A stretch of 64,000 nt of DNA from the human T2T-CHM13v2.0 reference genome, Homo sapiens, in NCBI RefSeq assembly GCF_009914755.1, contig NC_060925.1; one strand, written 5' to 3'. The notes under the pieces were generated by a model that saw nothing but the letters and a program-made list of their open reading frames with translations, made no database searches and had not been told where the DNA came from. This document shows positions 54,898-64,000 of this stretch, piece by piece. The position numbers and the translations under genes are program-made. Within the stretch, counting starts at the first letter, position 1; every line of letters starts with the position of its first letter.

Positions 54898-56480
54898 TTC
54901 TATAGACTTAAGCATTATTTTAACTTGTATTAATTGTTCTGGAGTCCCATGAAGTAACTGGCACTAAAGTAGAGACAGACAGTCCCTGAAATTACCCAAG
55001 TAATCTTTCTTTTAAAAGGAATTGGAGCTGAAGTTATTTTCAGGGACTTCCAGACTTCCAGTGTCAACATTTAAATTAAATATCTAAAAAGATTCATGAA
55101 TGGGGAGACACTGAATCCCCACTGAAGGGAACTCTCCACACTTCTTCACCACAGTCGTAGTGCCTTCATAGTAGCATATCTCTTTTCTCTTCTCCATATT
55201 ATTTTTCTTTATTTGCTTAAAAATAATCATCATTTGATACTTTTGGTGTACCCCTTCTCCCTCTTTTCTTTGCAAAGATGGTTGCCTACTTAAATATTAG
55301 TCCTTTCTTAATTCTAGTTAACAAATAGACTCAAACCTGTAATCAGTTGGAGCTTTTCCTACTACTATTATGACAGAAAAGTGGGAAAAGTGAAACTTGT
55401 GGAATTGAAGAACAGATGAGGCTAATCCTTAAGGAATAAGTTGCCTGCTTTTTCTTTTTTTTCCCCCAGTTAGGAGCAGTTATTTCATGTATTAGTATGG
55501 GCAAAGATGAAGTAATTTCTTCTGTTAGACCATATGCTAATATAGGGCTGATAAGTAAGTGTGAAAAATGAAAGGGAGAAATACATTAATTGTATTCTTT
55601 CAATAAGGTATGCTATCCAAGGTAATTATTTCATGACAGTTTTAGTTATAGTACTTGTTTTATCATGAAATAAAAGATTGTTTTAGGAGCCTTTTATTGG
55701 AAAGACAATTGTATCAAGCTAGTACAAATTAGATTTTTGTCTTTATAAAGGTGAGCAAACCCATGAGCAGTTTTTAAATTGATGTGTTTTAGTCTACACA
55801 TGAACAAATTCTGTTTGAGGGTTAAAGAAGCTATTATTTTGTCCTTTATGCTGACAGTTTCATTACAGATTGGCCTACTGTTGGCATTAAAAAAATGTTT
55901 GGCTCCTTATGATCTTTGTGCATGCAACTATAATATTAATGCAGCACCATAGCACTGTTCATTAAGAAATGACTTTAAATGAGGTTGAAGCGTGTAAATT
56001 TGGAAAGATACAGATGTTAAATGCAGTCGTTTCTCTTTGTGTACAGCTGTATGGCTAATAATTTCCAAGCAGCTAAAGCTCTTGTTAGCAGGAGTGCTGG
56101 TGTGTTAAGAATGGCTCTATAAATAACTTTAAGAACTGAAGTTGAAGGTGCTTCTTTTAAAGACTATTGTTAACTAAACATTATTGCCAAACAGATGGAA
56201 AGCATTCACCAGCCTGATGTTTTTGGGTCTAATTATATTATCACCAGCCCTGTACGGCTCAGTTGAAGAGGTATATCCAGAGGCCAATTTATAATCATTT
56301 AGCCAACACCTGTTTGGGAGAAATTGACAGTCAAAGGGCACATTTTTAAAAAATCACATATGTTCTTGTGTTTATTGCCTCAATGTGAACGTTGTCTAGT
56401 TGCACACAAACTTTGTAGGAGAAGAAAGTAAATATAAACAAAGCAGCATTTCCCAGCCATGTTTATCCATCTTAATTTGC

Positions 56481-56773
56481 TTTTTTTTTTGGAGATGGAG
56501 TCTCACTCTTGCTCAGGCTGGAGTGTGGAGTGGCGCGATCTCAATTCACTGCAACCTCCGCCTCCTGATTCAAGTGATTCTCATGCCTCACCCTCCCGAG
56601 TAGCTGGGATTATAGGTGTCCACCACCATGCCCGGCTAATTTTTGTATTTTTAGTAGAGACGAGGTTTCACCACGTTGGCCAGGCTGGTCTTAAACTCCT
56701 GACCTCAGGTGATCCACCCACCTTGGTCTCCCAAAATGCTGGGATTACAGGTGTGAGCCACTGCGCCCAGCCG
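56481..56773 (-). mobile_element. AluS
   Basis: Antisense full dimer. Confidence 0.94.
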
Positions 56774-57025
56774 GTTTGGCCTTTTTATCTGATCTGCTTC
56801 ATGCTTCATGACTAAGTGAGATCAGTAAGGAGGTATCACTCCTGATTTGTGCAGGTATATTTTGTTGAGTCAATTAAGGGGCTTTTAATAGGGAGAAGTT
56901 CTTTCCTTTGGTTATACAGCTTCCATGCCTTTTACCTAGTGAGATGTGTTCTACTTTATATAGATATGTCTTGTTCAAATAGAATTGGCTTTCTGGTAAG
57001 TGACTTAAAAGTCACACCTCATGTA

Positions 57026-57360
<335 letters not shown>

Positions 57361-58024
57361 CTAAATGTCTTCACAGATTCAACAGATGTTCAACAGATAT
57401 TTATTGAGCTCTCCTTTGCAGAAGGAAGGCCATGGTGCCTCCTTTTACATTCTTGATATGTTGATTTAACTCTTAAAGTTCACAAATGTGTTTTCATGTT
57501 TTGGAGGCTCAAGATTTGTGTTCATTGTAACTCAAAGGGCAGCTATGGAGAGAATAAGTCTATCCTATCTGAAAAATAATAAAAGTCAAACCCTTTGTTT
57601 CAACTGATGATACCACTATTTCATTTTAGTGTTTTTCCTTCTTCTGACAGACTTTACTATTGAAAGGCTTATATATGTCACCTCTATTTTCTTATCACTC
57701 ATTATGAACTCTGTGCAATCTGCTTTTATCCTCAGTTCATTGTACAGTGAACTGTACAATGCTGTATTGAAAGTTACACATGACTTCCTAACTGCCCTAA
57801 CCAGTGATGGTTTCTCAGTCCTTATTCTTCATGGCTTCTCTCTGTTGTTTAGCATAGATTACACTCATCTTAAGCATTCTCTTTCTCTGTCACCTGAACC
57901 ACTATGTTTTCTCTTTGTACTTTTCTCATTACACTTTTGGTTATTGTCTTATTTACTCACAATATTTCAACTATGTATATTTTCAAAATTCAGAAATAAA
58001 TAGTATCGCTTAGCAATTAAAGAG

Positions 58025-58265
58025 GAAGAAACCTGGAGCCAGACTACCCTCTACCACTTATTATCTTTGTGAGTATGGACAAAGTCCTGAGGTTAAAGAA
58101 GTTCCAGTGTTTCAGAGTGCACTCCAGAGAGTACAATCAGTTTTATGCTTATTTCCTTATCTGTAAACTTGATTAATAAAAGATACCTACCTCTTTGGAT
58201 TGTTGAGAGAATTACATGATTTAATTCCTTAAAGCCCAGCACAGTGCCTGATATAAAGGAAGTGT
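58025..58265 (+). mobile_element. MIR fragments
   Basis: ctggagccagactaccctctaccactta ... tttccttatctgtaaa...atacctacctc...ggattgttgagagaatta...cagcacagtgcctga. Confidence 0.65.
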
Positions 58266-58469
58266 CCCAGTGGGATTCATTCTTGTGTCTTTAGTTTTTA
58301 TCTTTATGGAGAATGCTCAAATATAAATCATTAGTACCGACTTATTTTCTAAGCTCTATTCCCATGTCGTCATCTACCTTACAAACTTTTAGAGTTGAAT
58401 TCACTAACCGTATGTTTATTAAACATTTACTGTGTGAGAACAGTGTGTTATGTGATAGAATAATTTTTA

Positions 58470-59117
58470 TGCTGTTGGTTTTCTGTTGCTGACATAACAA
58501 ATTACCACAAAGTTGGCAGCCTATAACAACTAAATTATTAAAGTTCTATAGGTCAGAAGTCTGACACAGTTACTGGGTTGAAATCAAGATGGTGGCAAGA
58601 CTATATTCCTTACTGGAAGCTCAGGAGAGGAATCTGCTTCCAAGCTCATTCAGGTTGTTGGCTGAATTCTGTTCTTTTCATAGAGTTGTAGGACTGAACT
58701 CTGTTTCTTTGCTGGCTGTCAGCCAAGGACTGCGCTATACTCCTAGAAGTTGCCTAGGTTCCTTCTTAGGCTTGCTATGAGATCCTAGAAGCCTCTCTCC
58801 AGTTCTTGCATGTGGGCCTTTGCCACCTGAGAGCCAGCAGCCATGCATCCCTTTCATGCTTTGAATATGATTTCCCTTTCAGCCTTATCATTTCTGTGCT
58901 TTGCCTTTCTTTTCATAGACGATAGTTCTCTGTTTTTGAAATGGATTCATGTGATATTTTGGAACCCACCCAGATAATCCAGTGTAATCTCTCTGTTTTA
59001 AGGTCTGTACCTTAATTACATCTGAAAAGGCTTTTTTGCCAGTAACATAACACGTTCACAAATGTTGGGGATTCTTGGGGTATGAACATCTTTGGGGCCC
59101 ATTATCCTGCCTTTACA
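58470..59117 (-). mobile_element. MLT1 (MaLR, MLT1E-like) LTR
   Basis: ttgctgacataacaaattaccacaaa...ggtcagaagtctga...aatctgcttccaagctcattcaggttgttggc...acatctttggggcccattatcctgcct. Confidence 0.82.
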
Positions 59118-59522
59118 GCATGCCCATAAAGAGCTCGAAGTCTCACTGGGAGACAGACCCCCAAATCGAAGGGTTAGAGATTCTATAATAGATGTTGGTG
59201 CTGTGTAAAACAGCAGAAGAAAGGAAGAAAGTAGTCAGTGTTACTGAGAGCTAGAGTGACATTTGTGCTGCATATGGAAAGATGCATACTTGTTTGATAA
59301 GTGCCTGGGGGAATATTTCAGGGAAAAACAAGCAATAATAGTGATAGCAGTAATAGCAACTAGCTGTACTTTTATAAGATTATCTTACTGAAATCCTCAC
59401 AAGTGTTAGATACTGTTACCGACTATTATAGCTTCTACATAATAAGAATGCCTTATGTCCATAAGAAGACATGTCTGTAGTGTCTTCTAATGTAGAATAG
59501 GAATGGTAAAATTATTTCACTG

Positions 59523-59846
<324 letters not shown>

Positions 59847-60447
59847 TCATTGGCTTTTTGGGAGGATTAATATTGATTACACCTGGGTAAAGTATAGCAC
59901 ATAGTAAATGCTTAAAACATGGCAGATTAGAGAATACAGGGTGGATAAGAGAAGTGCTTAGGAGGTAGAATTGATTTGATTGATTTAGAATTGATTCTAA
60001 ATACTTGGTATTCAGAAGGTGCTCAGTGTATAATTGTTGAATCCTGGATCAGTCACTTGTTCTGAAGGTGGGAGACAGGAGACAGTTCAGAGTAACTTAG
60101 ACCACGTTTAGTTTCAGAGCATGCATGGAAGATGGTCTTAGTACTATAGGAGGAGCAGCAGGCTGTTTGTTTGTTTGGTGAAGGCAGGGCCTTGGGAAGA
60201 GGATATGAGGTACCTGTGAGAATATTGTATTGAAATTAATGGAAATTTAAATAGTGTAGGTCAAACAGAAGACAAAGATGAAGTTGTCACTATTTTTTCA
60301 ACTTTAATATCTAAAATGGAATTTTCCATCTTCTCGAACTGGTTTCCCATCTCAACTTCCTTGTTTCTTCTCACCTTTTAAAAATTCTTCTATTTTTTTC
60401 AAGCTTAACATCTTTTTTTTTCATCCTTAAATTCTGTCTTTCCTTAC

Positions 60448-60562
60448 CCAGTGGTGGGCTGGTAAATGTTTGACAGCCAGCTCTCTGGTAGGGGGAAGAA
60501 GGCTCATTTGCAGTGTTTGCTGATTTCTGTAGTACAAATCCTCCTCCCATGGCCAATTTCAG
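60448..60562. mobile_element. MER63-like hAT fragment
   Basis: ccagtggtgggctggtaaatgtttgacagccagctctct...atttgcagtgtttgctgatttc...cccatggccaatttca. Confidence 0.7.
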
Positions 60563-60683
60563 TCTGTGGCTGCTTTTGTTCTATAATGACAAAGTTGAAA
60601 AGCTGTAACAGAGACTGCATAGGCCTGCGGAGCCTAAAATATTTACAGTCTGGCCCTTTAAAGAAAAAGTTTGCCAATCTTTG
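60563..60683 (+). mobile_element. MER58-like hAT 3' half
   Basis: tgtggctgctttt...gtaacagagac...agcctaaaatatttacagtctggccctttaaagaaaaagtttgccaa. Confidence 0.82.
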
Positions 60684-60809
60684 CTACAGTAGTTTTTCCA
60701 AAATAATAAAGCTTTAATAGGGTAGGATAATTTCATACTTCTGTTAATTTATTTTATCCATCAAGATGAGGGGTGGGAATGAGTAGTTTAGGGGGGCAAT
60801 GTGTGAGAG

Positions 60810-61100
60810 GTTATGAAGGGTCTTGAGGTCATTTTATGGGCTTAAGCTTTTTCTCTCAGTGAGATAAGAAGAGTGCCATGTTCTAACTTATGTTTTAAAA
60901 AGAAAACCCTGGCCGCTGTTTTGAGGATAGACAACAGGGCAGCAAAGATGGAAGCAGGGAGATCAGTTGGAACACTGTAGTTACAAGTTAGGTAAGAGTT
61001 GATCTTTGCTTGAATCAGAGTAATAACTGTGGAAGTGGTAAGGTGAGTTCAGATTCTGGATACATTTTGAAGACAGAGCTGACAGGATTTGCCGGTGGTG
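60810..61100 (-). mobile_element. L2 fragment
   Basis: gatggaagcagggagatcagtt...agattctggatacattttgaagacagagctgacaggatttgc. Confidence 0.7.
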
Positions 61101-61580
61101 GAAAGGGGTGTTAAGGTGAATCCAGGGTGAAGAGATACCAAAAGGATGCCTTAGGCTAGAGCCTGAGTTATTGAGATCACATTATAGCAAGTTGCTACAT
61201 AGGAGATTTTAGGAAGAAAATTGAGACTTGAACAATTTTTTTTGAACCACTTCCTGTTGATCATATATGTTCCAAGAGGAAAAACTCTGTTTAAAATAGT
61301 ATTTCCTTTACTTCTAAGAAATACATTTTAAAATACTTTAGGAAACAGTAATGTTTCTAAAATACGGCATTTTTAGAAAAGGAAACCATAATAAAACCTA
61401 TTTTGGATAAGATTATTTTGATCCTATAATTTGCTGACTTAAAAAAATTTATTCAGAAATGAACAATTTTGGGGAGGGGATTAAATTTCAGCCCTGCCCT
61501 ACTCTTAAAGTTTAGTTTAAAGCTAAGAGTTAATGTTTCATTGTATTGTTAATAAATTATTACTCGTGTCTTTTATGTAG

Positions 61581-61628
61581 GTTTTACTTGTAATGGACAC
61601 AAGGACAGAACAGACTTTCATTTTAAAA
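61581..61628 (+). CDS. RPS6KC1: RPS6KC1 internal coding exon (48 nt, phase 0/0): VLLVMDTRTEQTFILK
   Basis: Acceptor gtcttttatgtag|GTT, donor AAA|gtaagt. Continues ...VIDK in frame; FILK corresponds to the kinase VAIK motif. Confidence 0.93.
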
Positions 61629-61644
61629 GTAAGTAAAATTTGTA

Positions 61645-61938
<294 letters not shown>

Positions 61939-63206
61939 AAGAGTAAGTAAAATTTATATGTTTAATGAATTTAAAATTTGAATTTCAAATTATGCTTCTG
62001 AAAGAAAAGTTAATATTTTAGTTAATATTTAGTTAATATTAACTAAGTAGTTAATATATCCCCCCCCTAGGTTTTGAATGTCCTTTTATGTTGTTTCTGG
62101 TGATGTTTATTTACTTTTCTTTCTATCCTTTCATCACGGTTGATAGCATGCATTTAACAACATTGTTTTTGATACAGAGTATGGAGGAAATAATTTGGAT
62201 AAACTGAAGAACCATTTTGTGTTGTTTGAATGTGTAGTGTGTTGTTTAAATACATCTCAAGAACATTTTGTTTAATTGTGAAGACTACACACAGTCTCAC
62301 CTTCGATTATCACTACAGTTCTTAAGAGCTAAAATTTTGCCTTAAAATCTAGTTACAGGTATTTTGGGAAAGTGTATCTACATTCCTGGTCCTCTATTTG
62401 ATCTAAATTCAATTTTGATTCTATACATAATGCAATTTATAACTAAATGAATAAGGAGAGAGAGAACCCTCAATTTTGAAATTTTGAAATTGTATTTGGA
62501 ATGGACTGTGATAGTACATATTCTGAAAATATCCTAATTTAAGCATTTCCACAGCATTCAGAAGGTGAATTTATTAATTTTATATTTCTTTTTCTGTTGC
62601 TTTTTCTTTTGCTGATAAGGCATGGCAGTAGGTCACATTGACACATACTGAAACACATTTTGTGTGTGTGTGTGAATATACTTTATCATTGACATTTCTT
62701 TAAAAACAGAGTATGACACCAGAAAATAGACAAACCTTATTCCTTGTAAGAAGACTTAATATTGTTTGTACTTTTGGGGGATAGGATTTTAAAATTGCCT
62801 GCTTAATCTAAGAATACCTTTTGTGTCTCAGGAGTTTGCATTGGTCTTACAATGTCTACTGCTTTAAAGATATAGATAAGTAAAATAAAACTTAAGAAAA
62901 GGTCACAGAGAAATAACTGTGTGTCATCCTGATGACTTAGTTTGAGAGCATCTCTAATAAAAACACTGACCCACGTAATTGATTTTAATGGCAGCTTTGT
63001 GGCATCTTCCTTCTCTGGATTCACGCCAGATGCCATCAGCAGAGCCTCCAGGGACTGGGGGGCATAGAGCAGCAGATGAGTGGTTTCTCTGAAGCCCAGA
63101 GTAACTCGGATAGATTAGTTTGGTTGATAAACACAGAGCACAGCAGGCTCCAAAGGCAACTGAGGATGCAACTGAGGATACAACTGACCTTTTTGTTCTC
63201 TGTCAG

Positions 63207-63339
63207 GGTCTAAGGAAAAGCAGTGAATACAGCAGGAACAGAAAGACCATCATCCCCCGCTGTGTGCCCAACATGGTGTGTCTGCATAAGTACATCATCT
63301 CTGAGGAGTCAGTATTTCTTGTGCTGCAGCATGCGGAAG
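63207..63339 (+). CDS. RPS6KC1: RPS6KC1 internal coding exon (133 nt, phase 0/1): GLRKSSEYSRNRKTIIPRCVPNMVCLHKYIISEESVFLVLQHAE(G)
   Basis: Branch-like CTGAC at 63184, pyrimidine tract and cag|GGT acceptor, donor GAAG|gttggt. Peptide is visible inside ORF 63120..63446. Confidence 0.94.
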
Positions 63340-64000
63340 GTTGGTTTGTAGTTTGGATTGTTTATGCAGTGAAGAATGTCACCTACTTAGCTTCCAGTTT
63401 CTCTCTGTCATTTCATGAGCAGATAGAATATATGAAACACGTTTAAGAAACCATTTCCTATTCCTCTGCTCTACCTCCCTACTTTGAGTTGTGAGGGAAA
63501 ATGAAAACCCAGGTGAACAACAGATTTCATGTGAACTATGGTACCATTTGTAGATTTACTTCACTACTTACTTTCTCATGGAATTTACCTAATATAATGA
63601 GAACTTTAATATGAATGTGTGCTAAGAGAGCTAGATTTTATTTTAGTGGTATTTTGTTCGCTTGTTCCCTGCTAAAAGGATACATTATGTTAGATGACTA
63701 AAATGAAAAGCATCCCCTGAAGAATTAATTAATTACCTCCTTCTTTTAGAAGGCAAGGGTGTTGGCTTAACATTTGACATTACCTAGTCATTCTGATCTG
63801 AGTTTTTATGAATACAGCCATTGGCATCACATATGGGTACAAAGCAGAGGCACAGTTCTCTGCCTTCAAACTATTTATGAAATTTCAGCTCTTTGTAGAG
63901 GGAACAGGTGGCAAAAAATATAATGTTTTGATTTTTTTTTGCCCTTTAATACCTGAATTTAAATAAGTAGTCTTTTATTTAGGATGACTGAAAACAGCAT

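Noticed and set aside
54981-55048. 11-bp inverted repeat AGTCCCTGAAA/TTTCAGGGACT with a 46-nt spacer
   Set aside because: The stem does not extend into a pre-miRNA-like hairpin, and there is no TSD to support a MITE.
63120-63446. 108-aa ORF as a standalone gene
   Set aside because: It is the 133-nt RPS6KC1 exon with in-frame intronic read-through on both sides.

Overview
Human/primate genomic DNA, AT-rich and CpG-depleted, lying entirely inside RPS6KC1 on the + strand. It contains three coding exons (7484-7576, 61581-61628, 63207-63339). These splice in frame to PPGSLSSRPLWNLRSPAEELKAFRVLGVIDK|VLLVMDTRTEQTFILK|GLRKSSEYSRNRKTIIPRCVPNMVCLHKYIISEESVFLVLQHAE, the start of the degenerate kinase-like domain. 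The 54-kb intron between the first two exons is dominated by transposons: a ~20-kb nest of old L1M/L1PB/L1PA fragments, a full-length but dead sense-oriented L1PA4-like element, MER41, MER34-like and MLT1 LTRs, and MER1B and Tigger4a DNA elements. MER5, MER63/MER58, MIR, L2 and about 26 Alus are scattered across the window. Almost all ORFs in the supplied track are repeat-derived. I see no convincing new multi-gene system. The best leads are small-scale: two Alu insertions whose target-site duplications copied 5' splice sites, a candidate poison/micro-exon, a CpG-retaining YY1+ETS promoter-like element, a MER41 with one intact GAS site, a duplicated ~95-nt structured element with C/D-box-like motifs, and several inverted templated-insertion scars. 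Repeat subfamily calls come from recalled consensus sequences and boundaries are approximate unless TSDs are quoted.
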